DNA of 64,000 bases from Callorhinchus milii (lineage: Eukaryota). The stretch lies in NCBI RefSeq assembly GCF_018977255.1, contig NW_024704743.1, positions 102,488,001-102,552,000 of the forward strand. Direction: 5' to 3'. Positions 1 to 11,485 of the stretch are shown in pieces. A program made the position numbers and the translations under genes. The notes under the pieces are model-generated. The model was given only the letters and a program-made list of their open reading frames with translations, was not told the DNA's origin and did no database searches. Every line of letters starts with the position of its first letter. Within the stretch, counting starts at the first letter, position 1.

Positions 1-108
1 TGTTTGCCTACAAATACCCACTAGTCTTAACTCCAATTGCCCGTGTGGCATTTTGAGACGTTTCAACATTATTAGCTCCGTATAAAATGCAAGGATTATT
101 ATTATTGA
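1..108 (+). mobile_element. SINE 3' tail (Deu/L2-type tail)
   Basis: tttgagacg...tataaaatgcaaggattattattatt matches the tail shared by many SINE copies in the window. Confidence 0.7.
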
Positions 109-269
109 TAAGTATTCTGAGCGTTACAAGGTCACTTCAGTTGAAATAGGTGGTAGTTGACCATATGACTTACATATATTTAAGGAGAAGGAAAAGAAAA
201 TCAAGGATCAAGACCCTGGAAACATTTCCTCCATTTCCAGTCAATGTGAAGCAGCTGTCAGCAAAGATA

Positions 270-965
270 ATCGAAGATTTGGCTTTGTCTTGAAGGAATT
301 TGACTATATGTCAAAATAAACTATTCTAACCTTAAATGGATCACTGGTAAGGCCAATATTATGTAGATTTGGGGCATGCTACCATCAAAAGGGCGATGTA
401 CTGGAGAGGGCTCAGAGGGGATAAGAGTTTATAATTCTGGACATAGAGCTCCAATTGGTGAGCGGAGGCTTCACACAGGACAGTTTATGTTTATTTATTG
501 GAATCAAAAGATTGAGGTCAATGTGATTCACATCTTTAAAACGACAATCCGGTGTTGATGGAAGGGATTTATTGATTTAAACTGTGAGAGTAAAATTAGA
601 GAGCACAGGTTTAATTTAAAAAAAACTCAACCAGGACCATATCATAAAGCAGTATCTTTGACAGAGCAGTGAATATGTGCACTGGAGAATAGGGGTTTGA
701 AAGGGATTGTTTGCTGACAAATGCACAGTTACTAAACTTTACAGTAAATCCAGTGAAATATGATAAGGTGGTAGAGGCAGAATCCATTGTGATATTCCAG
801 AGGGAATTCGATAGGTAGAAGGTAGAAAGATAGAAGCTTGGAGGGATTTGCAGAGAGGCCAGGGAAGTGGGATTGAATGAACATTTTACTCTGAAAGTTG
901 GTGCAGACTCGATGGGCTGAATGGTCTCCTTCTGTGCCATAAATTTCTATGATTCTGTGATTCTA
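270..965 (+). mobile_element. Decayed CR1 LINE 3' fragment(s)
   Basis: Degenerate ORF2-end sequence (ctggtaaggcc, ctggagagggctcagagg) followed by CR1-type 3' end gatgggctgaatggtctccttctgtgcc and (ttctatga)n-like repeats. Confidence 0.75.
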
Positions 966-1359
966 AGGCACTGTATCAAATTGAAGCAATATTACTTTTA
1001 TAAATTACAGCATGGAAACAAACCATTCAGTCAAACTAGTCCATGTTGATGTTTATACTCCTCGCAAGCCTCCACCGGTGTTAGAGATTAATGCAGACTG
1101 AAATGAGCAAATATTCCAAATGAGCAAAATGCTTTTTGTCCTGTTAGTGTGGAGTAATCAACAAATATTATCTGATTGCCTTTGTAAATTAAAGAATATT
1201 TATGGAAACATTTTGCACCAGGAAATAAAGTGAGTGATGTGTAGTCCACAATTGGTTAGATTTGCTTTGCAAATAGCAGGTTTTATAGGCCTAAAGGTCT
1301 TTCCTTGGTCATTTAAACAAATATATTACCTTTGGCAAGGCAACGCCCCAGTAAAAATA

Positions 1360-1545
1360 ATCCTTTCATTTGATATAGCATCTTTCAATTTGAGAGGAAT
1401 TCTCAAAGCACTTCACAGGATTTATTGTAAAGCGAATGTGTATTTTGTAGGTGAACACAGCAGCAAATGTATGTATAACAATGACCCACAAAGCCATGAA
1501 ATGAATAATTAATTTCATCTGGGAGAATTCTTGGCCAGGACAGAA
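1360..1545 (-). mobile_element. DeuSINE 3' portion
   Basis: Reverse complement of the common tail (tttgatatagc...tctcaaagcacttcacag) and tcttggccaggaca Deu-domain end. Confidence 0.6.
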
Positions 1546-3467
1546 GATCTGTTTACAAGCAGACTTCATGTGCAGAGGTGAGGTATTGCAAAGTTTCAGT
1601 CGGGAACGCAGAACCTGTTAGTAAATCCAACTGTCTGTTTCTTTGCGAGCATTATTTCTAGAACCATTACAATTTGAATTAAGCTTAAAAATGATGGGAG
1701 AGGAATTCTAAATTCCTGCTCCAATACAGAATGTTAGGTCAATTCAAAGCCTATCAAATATTGCCTCTGAATCATAATCTGTTTCTTCATGCCTGTTGAT
1801 AAAAGTCAAAGTAAGTACATAATGATAATTTTGTTTGAATCGCCATTGATGGACCTCTGTTTGGTTGTGTGCAAGGTTTAAATGATATCACTTGCACCTA
1901 TTTATCAAACAATGTTGTAACAGTTTATCCCTCTAGCTCAGTGCAACATCACTCCTAGTATTTCCGTAAAAGATATTTTAGAAAAGATAAATTAAAATGT
2001 GAAAAGTCGTTTATACAACTTTATTACAAAATGTCATCTATACATTATTTGAGGTGTGATGGAGGACCCCATTAAATATGCATGGATTAAAGGAAACTAC
2101 AACAAAGTGACTTGTCTTCGGAAGCCAGATGGTCATAGTGATATTGCCAATCAGATCATTATGTTCTATATCAGATTGAGTCAATATTCGGTTAACATTC
2201 CTGATCCAGTATAAAGCTGCTTTATTATTAGAATGAAAATGAATAAAATAGCAGTGAATACCAGATCAGGTTCTGCGGGCAGTTTGGGACAAAGGCCAGA
2301 GTGATATTGGCTGGTTATTCAATCAAAGCAAAATGAAATGGTTTAGTATTGATGTTTTATCGCTAAAGTGAACTCAGGAAAGCACCTTAAAAATGATATG
2401 TATGCCAGAGTTTATTTTGTAATCATGAAATGTAGCCAAACCAATACCAAAAATGTATACATATATCATAGTTAATTTACATTGAAAAATAAGTTTTTCT
2501 TCTCCATTGATTTTGTGGCTGTGCTTTTCTGCCACTCATGAAACCATTATCTGTGGAGTATTTTCTGTGGTTTTGTCAGATGGGATGCAAGAGATGCAGA
2601 ATTGCATATTGAAATAAAAGTTAAAATTCTTTTTCCTGCGGGCAGCACTTAAGTGCTCCGGAATGTTACTCCGCCTGAAGAGCGCTATATAAATGCAAGT
2701 TGTTGTTGTTTTTCCAGTATTATAGCCTTTGTTTATAGTTTCCGGTTACAATGTCTCCAGTTACAATGTATTTATATATAGTACATCACTGAGTGTTTAC
2801 AGTAATTTGGATTTATAAATACATTTATTGCACAGCATTCAATAGCATCATGCCATGTATCAAGCCTTTCTATCTGATCCCAACTGCACGAGTGACTGTC
2901 TTCTCAAAACCCTACTATCCGAGGCACCAATCCTTGTTGTCTGATTTCATCATCCTTGTAATTTGGTGCTGTTTCATCGGAAGAGAAAGCTGCAAACATT
3001 AGACCAATACACTGAACTACGATAACTACAGACATAAATACCTACAACCAAACTGTGAAAACTAAATGAATTGTGCTGACTAAGATATCACAACATACTT
3101 AGGGCCAGTCAATTAGAGCACAGTATGTGTATGGGGTGGGGGGAGTATCTGAATCCCATTATATAAACAGAGCTGCTGTAAAGAGATGTGGACAGAGGTA
3201 CTGGAAATGTTGTTTTGATTATTGAGGACAGGAAGTACAGGAGGATGTAGGGAGGCTCCTACATTAACCTGCCCCCCTTTGATGAAGTGAAGGACATGTT
3301 CATGTTCCTGTTTTCCACTTTTGAAGGCTGGAGAGGTCCTTCCACTACTTAATGTTCTTCCCTGTACAAAGGTAAATTAAAGCCCTATTGAGGAGCATTG
3401 ACATCCTGACGTATCCTGCTCATGTCTAATTTATTTCAGGAGATATGTTTTTTAGGACACAAGTGGG

Positions 3468-3752
3468 TTATAATAATAATAATCCTTGGATTTGATACAG
3501 TGCCTTATCAAGTCTTCGCAACATCTCAAAGTGCTGCACAGAATATATTGTAAAGTGTAGTGACTGTGTATGTTGTGGGCGAAACAAAGTGATATTGGAA
3601 TTTATTTTATTGGCTTTTAAATAATAATAGTAATAATAATAATAATCCTTGCAATTGATAATCCTGCATTTAGCCCTTATATGGTCAAAATGTCTCAAAA
3701 AGCATCGCAAGATTTACTACAGAGGATAGTGACTGTATTTTGTAGGTGAACA
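3468..3752 (-). mobile_element. Two adjacent SINE 3' tails
   Basis: Two (taa)n-tccttg(g/c)a-ttgata tails, each followed by tctcaaa and the gtgactgta motif. Confidence 0.65.
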
Positions 3753-4682
3753 TGGGGGTTCCATGGACTTTATATATTTTGTATAGAACAAGACATAGTT
3801 AGGAGAGAATTTCAAAGCAGTAAAAAAACATAGTTTAGGAGATTTCATAATTCACCAGAGAAGAATTCAATTAGTTTATGGACACATCGGGTAAATATTT
3901 TGCATCTGTACTTGGTATATTTTGTACCAATATTTGAATGGGTTTGTATTTTTAGAATGGGTTATGTATGACTAACATTTGCATAATTAATGTTACAATG
4001 GCACCAGTGATATTAATTTAAAAGAAACTTGCTAACTTGCTTTCAACCACAATTATTATTGCCTTATTATTGTCTTGAACAGGGTTTTTAATGCAGTCTG
4101 ATGTTTGCTGCTTTCAGCGGTATTAATCATAGCGCAAGATGTAAAATCAAGCTGTCTGAAGTAACTTCAGTTTTCTAAACAGCTTAAGACTTTTGACAAC
4201 TTGGGCAGAAAAGGATCAGGAGCAGAGAAACTCTCCAAACAATCTACTGTCTTGTTAATTTCAATCTGTATCAAAAAAATAGTTGTACTGAATAAGAAGT
4301 AAAACTTTCTGTTATGTCTGTCTACAAAAATCTATTCCTGATCACGTCATCACCTATAACACTGTTCCTCGGTTCCAGGTGCTACATTGACCATTAGTTG
4401 TGAACTTGGGTTCCTGGAGCATTTATTATGCTATAAAACATGTATATCTTGCTGGCCACACTTCCTCTGTGGACTTTGTACCAAGCAAAACAATTAACAG
4501 AATTTGTTTTGCATATTTGTGCATTTTGTCATTTTAAGTTTATAATTCATGTTTGTTGGGATTTGGAAGGAATTAAAATCAAAGTATTAAGGGGGTGTCA
4601 TGTTCCAACAAAATAATTTCATTTAATGTGACGATATTTCAAAATAATGTAAATTGGTTAACATAACTTCATTGGATCTTAA

Positions 4683-5165
4683 AATAATCAATGCATAGTA
4701 TAGCATCTTTCACATCAAGTAGATGTCTCAAAGTGCTTGGCAGGAATTTACTGTACAGTGATTGTAAATTTTGTAAGTGAATATGGTAATTAATTTGTAC
4801 AAAATTATGTTCCACAAGCAGTCATGAAGGGATGGCCTATATTATCTGGGGGATTATTGGAAGGAGCCCTGTAGCTCAGCGGTTAGAGGACTTGCATCGC
4901 AAGCGAGAGACCTGGGTTGATTCCCAGCAGGGCGAATCCTTGGGTAAGTTTCCTTACTCCACATGCTTGATAATAATCCCTCAAGAAAAAAAACAATAAT
5001 AAATTGGTCATTTCAATCCACGACTGTTTGTGGAACACTGCTTCTCTTTTTGAATGGTTCCATAGGATCTTTAACATTCGCCTGAAAGGGCAGATTGGAC
5101 CTCAGTTTAATGTCTCATCCAAAGGACGGCACCTCTGGCAATGCACTGCTCTCTGAGTCTCTACT
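4683..5165 (-). mobile_element. DeuSINE interrupted by a younger tRNA-SINE
   Basis: Tail at 4683-4860; Deu domain (ccataggatctttaacattcgcctgaaagggcagattggacctcagtttaatgtctcatcc) resumes at ~5045. Confidence 0.7.
4863..5041 (+). mobile_element. tRNA-Ala-headed SINE, 3'-truncated, short variant
   Basis: A box gtagctcagcggttagag, B box-like gggttgattcc, body matches the copy at 13321. Confidence 0.85.
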
Positions 5166-5216
5166 ATCACAATGTTAGTAACTGTGATCAAAGACAAGTA
5201 ATAGTTAGACAAGTTA

Positions 5217-5247
<31 letters not shown>

Positions 5248-5529
5248 AGATAAACTCTAGCTGGTGTAATTGCCCCAATTTCTGTACACTGGCACAATGC
5301 AGCCTACATCCCTCCAGCCAATAGACTTGATTGCTGGTTTGCGGGACACAAATTTAACTAAACTTTATGTCAAAATTCGATGAACTCTGAATAGTCTGAA
5401 TGCCGCAATCTGTGGGCTACAAGTGCAATTTTCACCCTATCAAGTAGAAAAATTAGGCTTTTAAACACTCCTTAATGAGCAGATAAAGTTGTTTGTTACC
5501 GCAGTGATGAGCAATGCAGAGAGAAATGT

Positions 5530-5815
5530 TGCAGGACTGAATCTTACTCTGAGTTGAGTTAGCAGACCTAAGAGAGGGTAGTACAGCTAGAATGGTACAA
5601 TTAGATCCAATGCCTCTGAGTTAAGGATGGGGAAAATCAGCCACTGTTCTTGACGCTTAGGGTGGATGGCATATATTAGATAATGGGTGAGAATAAGATC
5701 AGACTTAGTTACGATACTTCGATGGAAGCCAGACTCACCTTCACGGCTCACACAGAAATAATGGCCACCTGAGTGAGATACTGGGAGTGGCTTTGGAACT
5801 ATATCCAGTGGAAAA
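5530..5815 (+). mobile_element. Ancient SINE-like repeat (AmnSINE2/UCON3-like; name tentative)
   Basis: tgagttagcagac...tacaatt...ggaaaatcagcc...ggctcacac...aatggccac aligns by eye with reverse complements of 31438-31735 and 53815-54010. Confidence 0.55.
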
Positions 5816-6230
5816 AAGAATCAAACAAGACGAGTAAAATTCCCAGAAAACAGAGGCATTTTTGTATAACTACTTTTATAATACAAAACATACTTTTTTA
5901 ATGAAAGATAAGACCATTAAAATAATTTTTTACAAAAAATATCATTGCAAATTTTCCATCAGAGGGTGCAAGCATATGCTGTTTACTGAAGTATAAGCAT
6001 TACATAAACTTTTGTTTGCCCAGTGAGTTATTACATCAGAGCACTTAACTGCAGCAGAGATTCCCAGCAAAGTGCAGAACCATAAGCTACAGCTGCGCTT
6101 GTTAACAGGAAACAGTGCCAAAAGCATCCATTTTGGGAGTAACTAATACATTGTGAGATTGCAGTGTAAGGCAGACAGGCTAAGCACAGCCCATCTGTTT
6201 TTGTCACTGTGTCACTTTTTCTCTCTGTAG

Positions 6231-6281
6231 GACCAGCGTGTCCTCATCACAGCTTCAAGAAACTGATTTACAAGATTATTG
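6231..6281 (+). other. Candidate 51-nt internal exon of an unknown transcript
   Basis: Strong acceptor tgtcactttttctctctgtag, donor TTG/gtaact, length a multiple of 3, two frames open, in unique sequence; no recognisable peptide. Confidence 0.3.
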
Positions 6282-7020
6282 GTAACTCAGCAGACACGGA
6301 CATTTACCTAGTTCCTTATATTTTAGTTGTAATGAATTGGCAACTATTTATTAACATTGACAAATAGATCAAAGCTTATTTCATTCTATGGCTTCTGAGC
6401 TTTTGTTATAGCTTAAACCTAGAATAAATAAATTATAATACAACAGTCTGCATCTGTTTTCTTAAGTAATTCCATCTGTGGTTCTCCAAAACTACTCCTG
6501 CATATCAATAAACAAATGTTTAAAGGTTAAAGGAACAATTTTGCATGGTCTTCTTGAATATAAAAATTCAAGCAGTTGCTTTAAATACAGAATGAACAGA
6601 ACACTGGCAAACATAAAACATTTCTAATATATTATTCAAACTTATTAATCCACTGACAAATTTTGTCAGCACTTATTAGTTTTTAATTGAAAGCTCAATC
6701 AATTCGATTTATTCACTTTTTTTAAATAACTATTAACTAAATCCCTGAAAAATGATATTTGCCATGATCTAGATCTCAATAGTATATATTTCCACACATT
6801 TTCTCTGGTTCAGCTAATGTCAGGGGGATTTCAGGCAAGGGAGGATAGAGGGTGTCAGAGTGAGGAATTAAAAATCCTGTGAAACACTTTGAGATGTTTT
6901 GGTGACATGAGAAGATATTATATGTAACGTTTGGTTCAGTAATTCTTACTTCTATCCAAGGAATATTGGTGTAACTCCATCAGATTCAGGGTGATTTTCT
7001 GTGCTGTGGGCTGAATTCAC

Positions 7021-7358
7021 TTAATAATAATAATTTGATATAGCGCTTTTCATGTCAGAATATACTGTAAAGTGAATTGACTGTATATTTGTGGGCGAAA
7101 CGTGGTAACTAATTGTGCACAGCAGTATCCCACAAACAGTCGTGGATTGAATGACCAAATTATTATTGTTTTTTTGAGGGATTATTATCCACGGAAAAGC
7201 GATCTGCCAATCGACTAACAACTGGGTTCCTACTTACTGCTAAGTAAACAGAGGCATGTGGATTAAGAAAAATTGCCCAACATTTCACCCTGCTGGGAAT
7301 AAAACCCAGGTCTCTCACTTGTGAGGCGAGTGTTCTAACCACTGAGCTACAGCACTCC
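7021..7358 (-). mobile_element. tRNA-Ala-headed SINE, full length, long variant
   Basis: Head (cactgagctacagcactcca on +), extra block (cctctgtttacttagcagtaagtaggaacccagttgttagtcgattggcagatcg in element sense), (taa)n tail. Confidence 0.85.
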
Positions 7359-7414
7359 AAAACCAAGTTGTTGTTGTTTACTATAGATCCAGGTCTATTT
7401 TGGGATATTTCTCA

Positions 7415-8018
7415 ATCACATTCACAAGATCACAAGATTGGTCTGGACGAGGAAAGCTCTTTGATCTCATCCCTTCAGAACATCCACCCTACCATCCCCC
7501 CGTCAAAGCACCAAGCTTTTTTAAATGAGTCCAATATCATGGCCTTTACAACTCTAAACATATGTCCTCTTGTTCTGCTGTCTTGGTGCATTCTATAATA
7601 TTGATCGGGATTTACTTTATCAATCCGTTTAAAATGTTATACACCTCTACTTTTGAGTCATATCTTCTCTTAAGGCTCTGGCTTGTCTAATCGTTGCTCA
7701 TATCTCATTCCTCTAACACTGAGAATTGAAATAACCATGATCTTAACATATGTGAAAACATATTCCTGACCAGAGCATTCAATTATTTAGTAATAAATCC
7801 CAGCTGCTTGTTTGCCTTGTTAATGACTGCCTCACACTGTTTGACATATTGAGTGATGAGTGAATCCCCCCCCCCCGATGACTTTCAGTTCCCCCTTGGC
7901 AGGTTCTATGCCACTCACAGAGTACATGTGTTTCTAATTCTAGCATTCTACATGTAGTACCTTGCATTTATCTGTATTGAATTTCATTTGCCAGTTATTG
8001 GCCCAAGTGTAACACTGT
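7415..8018 (-). mobile_element. Decayed CR1 fragment
   Basis: taccttgcatttatctgtattgaatttcatttgccagtt reads WQMKFNTDKCKV on the minus strand, typical of CR1 RT. Confidence 0.65.
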
Positions 8019-8019
8019 C

Positions 8020-9122
8020 CTGGAATCCCGTAGCTCAGTGGTTAGAGCACTTGCCTCGCAAGCCAGAGACCTGGGTTCGATTCCTGGTGGGGGAAATCTT
8101 GGGCAAGTTTCCTTACTCCACACACCTGATAATAATCCCTCAAGGAAAAAATAATAAATAATAATACCAACAACAACAACAACTTGGATTTATATAGCGC
8201 CCTCCACAGAGCGCTTTACAGTTTAGAATCCCAGGGCCGAGCCAGGGGGAGTGGGAGGAAGGTGACCAAAGGCGCGGTCGAAAAGAAAGGTCTTCAACAG
8301 AGACCTGAAAATGGCAAGGGAGGGAATGAGACGAAGGAGTGAGGAAGGCAGGTCCGGAGCCTCAGGGCATAGTGGCTGAAGGCACGGCCGCCGAGGGTGG
8401 AGTGGAGGACTTGGGGGAACAAGGAGGAGGCCAGACCCGGAGGAACAAAGGCAACGGGTACTGTGCTGAGGAGAGAGGAGGTCAGAGAGGTAGGGGGGGT
8501 GTAGAAGAGTGCAGAGACTTGAATATGAGGGTGAGGATCTTGAAATCGATCCTCTCTGGGACAGGCAGCCAGTGCAGTCTGACAAGACCTGGGGTGATCA
8601 GGGAGCAGAGTTTTGTGTGGGTGAGAATGCGGATGGCAGAGTTCTGAATGAGTTGGATTTTATGGATGGTAGTGGATGGGAGACCGGCGAGGAGGGCGTT
8701 TGAATAGTCCTGTTGAGAGGTGACAAAGGCATGGACCAGAGTTTCAGCGGCTTTTGGGGAGAGGTATTGGCGGAGATGGGCCATGCGTCAGAGGTGGAAG
8801 AAAGCAGTGCTGGTGAGGGACCGGATGTGGAGAAGGAAGGATAATTGGGGTCGAACCTGACGCCTAGGTTGCGTAATAAATACATTTTCCAGGGTTAATA
8901 ATTCCTTTAAAATAAATTAAACTTAATAATAATAATTTGGTCACTCAATCCACAATTGTTTGTGGAACACTGCTGTGTGCAATTGGCTGCCGTGTTTCGC
9001 CCATAAATATACAGTCAATTCACTTTACAGTATAGTGTGTAAAGCACTTTGAGATGTCTAGAAGGCATGAAAAGTGCTATATCAAATGCAAGGATTATTA
9101 TTATTATTATTATTATTACTAC
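8020..9122 (+). mobile_element. tRNA-Ala-headed SINE split by an L2 insertion
   Basis: Head 8020-8165; 3' half and (tta)n tail ~8890-9122 on the far side of the L2. Confidence 0.75.
8166..8874 (-). mobile_element. L2 LINE 3' fragment
   Basis: ORF 8482-8784 encodes AAETLVHAFVTS...IQNSAIR...LHWLPVPERIDFKIL (L2 ORF2 C-terminus); (ttg)n tail. Confidence 0.9.
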
Positions 9123-9124
9123 TG

Positions 9125-9280
9125 TCAAGCTCTCTTTGTAGGACCTTTGCTGCCCTCTCTGATTTCAAAGTTCTCCCTAACTTGGTGACATCTACAATTT
9201 TAATTGCCTTACACTGGGTCTGCAAATCCAGGTAGTTAATATATAGAAGGAATAGAACAAACCCCTGAGGTATCCTGCTT
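9125..9280 (-). mobile_element. Short CR1 RT fragment
   Basis: ctaacttggtgacatctacaatttt and acccctgaggtatcc resemble degenerate F-A-D-D-T-K-L and G-x-P-Q-G regions on minus. Confidence 0.45.
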
Positions 9281-9299
9281 AATCACCACCCCCACCCCC

Positions 9300-9525
9300 C
9301 CACACAATTTGAAAAGATAAGGGAGCTTGTCCTGGTGTCCGACCCAACAGTCCCCCAAATAAAATGGATCACTCACTCCATGACTGTTTATGGGACATTG
9401 CAATTTGGTTGCCCTGTTTCCCCACAAAAAAATTCACTCCCCTTTGCACTATATTTTGTGAAGCGCTCTGAGATATCTTGATGATGTGATAAGGTGCTGT
9501 GCCAAATACAAGGATTACTATTAAT
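9300..9525 (+). mobile_element. DeuSINE 3' portion
   Basis: tcctggtgtcc...tgggacattgc...gtgaagcgctctgagatatc...aaggattacta. Confidence 0.65.
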
Positions 9526-10885
9526 GTTGGACCTAACACCCCCACTTCCTCTTTTCCTTCACTTCAGCCAATTCTGGATCATGGCCTTTATGCCCAGGGA
9601 CTACAATTTGTGAGAGTCCTCCATGTGCCTTAATGCACAATCTGAGTTGTGCAAATTGTGCTGTCTGATAGCTAGAAGTATATTGTGTTAATCTGTGGAA
9701 ACTCACCTCTGACACAATCTGCTTCTCCTTCAATGGAAATTCAAACAGGATTTATTATTGAGAAATTTCACATCAAGAAGAAGTCACAAGGTGCTGAACA
9801 GTCGGGGATCAGGACTTGAGCGTGGGGGACAGGGTTGGGGAAGGCAGAGAGTTGGGAGGGTGGCTGAAGGAATGGTAGAAAAGGTGGGTCTTGAGTTGTG
9901 CCTTGAAGGAGGCAAGGGAGGGAATGAGGCAAAGGGACTGTGGGATGGAGTTCCAGAGGGTGGGGGCATCGAGGCTGAAAGCCCGGCCGCTGATGGTGTT
10001 GCGGGTCAAGCCGGAAACCTGGAGCAGGCTGGAACCTGCTGAGCGGAGGGAGCAGACAGTTTGATAGGGGGTCAGCAGGTCAGAAATGTAAAAGGGAGCA
10101 AGGCCGTGGAGGGCCTTGAAAGTGAGGACGAGGATTTTGAATTCTATCCTTTGAGGGATGGGGAGCCAGTGGAGCCAGGCGAGGGTGAAGATGAGGTCAC
10201 AGAGCCTGGTGCGGGAGAGGACACGAGCTGCAGAGTTCTGGCTGATCTGCAGCTTGTGCAGGGAAGAGTTGGGGAGGCTGGCAAGGAGGGAGTTTCCGTA
10301 GTTGAGCTTCGAGGTGATGAATACATGTGTGAGAATTTCAGTGGCCTGAGGGGTGAGGCAGTGGCGAGTCGGGCAATGTTGTGGAGGTGGGGGAAGGCAG
10401 AGCGAGTCATGGCACTGATATGGGGGAGAAAGGGCAGTTGAGGTTCGAACAAGATGCCCAGGTTCCTGACTGGCTTGGTGAGGTGAAATGTGCATCCGTG
10501 GATGCTGATGCTTGAGGTGCTCAGGCACTGGCCCGAGCCAATCAGGAGCACCTCAGTCTTGCTGATATTCAGCTGTGAAAAGTTGGCTCTCATCCAGGTT
10601 CTGATGTCAAACAGACAGGATGTCAGTTGTCCTCGAATCGAGGGTGGAAGGAAAGAGATAGAGTTGGGTGTCATCTGCGTACATGTGGAAGTTGATCCAA
10701 TGTCTGCAGACGATGTCACCAAGTAGCAGCAGGTAGAGATTGAAGAGGAGGGGACGGAATACAGAGACCTAAGGAATACTACACGAGAGTGTGCGGGGGC
10801 TGGAAGAGAAACCGTTGGTGGAGACAATTTGGAGGCACTGTGAGAGATAAGACCAGAATCATTCAAGGTCAGAACCTTGAAGGTT

Positions 10886-11485
10886 TGTGGAAGGTGAATT
10901 TAGCACATTCTGCAAAGTTAGCAAAATGAACAGTACATGAGGACCTAAGACTAAAAGGGCAAAAGGCCAGGGGGCCCTAGTCTTAAGTGAAAAACATGTT
11001 ATGAAATTGTCACGAATGCTCGTGATGGGCATTGGTAAAGATAGATAAGCAGATGTCTAGTATCGGTACCTCATCCTGAAGTCATGTCTGGGATCAGTTC
11101 TGGGGTCAGATAACATTCAGCAGCATCAGCATTTGTCATTCTTTAAGATGTCCTTTTCCTATATGTACTTGACTGTAAGGACAGGGTGATTGTCTTTGTA
11201 AAAACAGACGTCCGGTCACAAGGAAGACTATGTCGAAATGTAACCAATTTAGAGAGTCCCCACGTGATTATTGATTGACTCATGGTTCGATATGATTTTG
11301 TATAAAGGTGAGGTGCTTACTCCCATTTAGTGTGTAGTGTTGGGAGCAGCACACGAGCAGTTGTTGCCTTAATACTACACCCCACATATATGTGAAAATA
11401 AAGCTTGTTGATTGAATGCCGTACTGACTCCATTGTTGTGCTTCAGGTCATCAAGAGCAATCGCATATCGTAATTGGGTTCAACA
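10886..11485 (+). mobile_element. Solo LTR (600 bp), ERV1- or Gypsy-type
   Basis: TG...CA ends (tgtggaa/ttcaaca imperfect IR), TSD ggtt at 10882-10885 and 11486-11489, CCAAT 11244, TATAAA 11301, AATAAA 11397; L2 sequence is continuous across it. Confidence 0.85.
11244..11306 (+). promoter_or_regulatory. LTR U3 core promoter
   Basis: CCAAT 11244-11248, E-box CACGTG 11261-11266, AP-1 TGACTCA 11276-11282, TATAAA 11301-11306. Confidence 0.6.

Noticed and set aside
5530..5815. LF-SINE assignment
   Set aside because: Motifs do not match the LF-SINE consensus as I recall it, so the family name is left tentative.
9809..10866. 239-aa and 240-aa ORFs as a host gene or intact RT
   Set aside because: Overlapping frameshifted pieces of a 5'-truncated L2 ORF2, further interrupted by an LTR.
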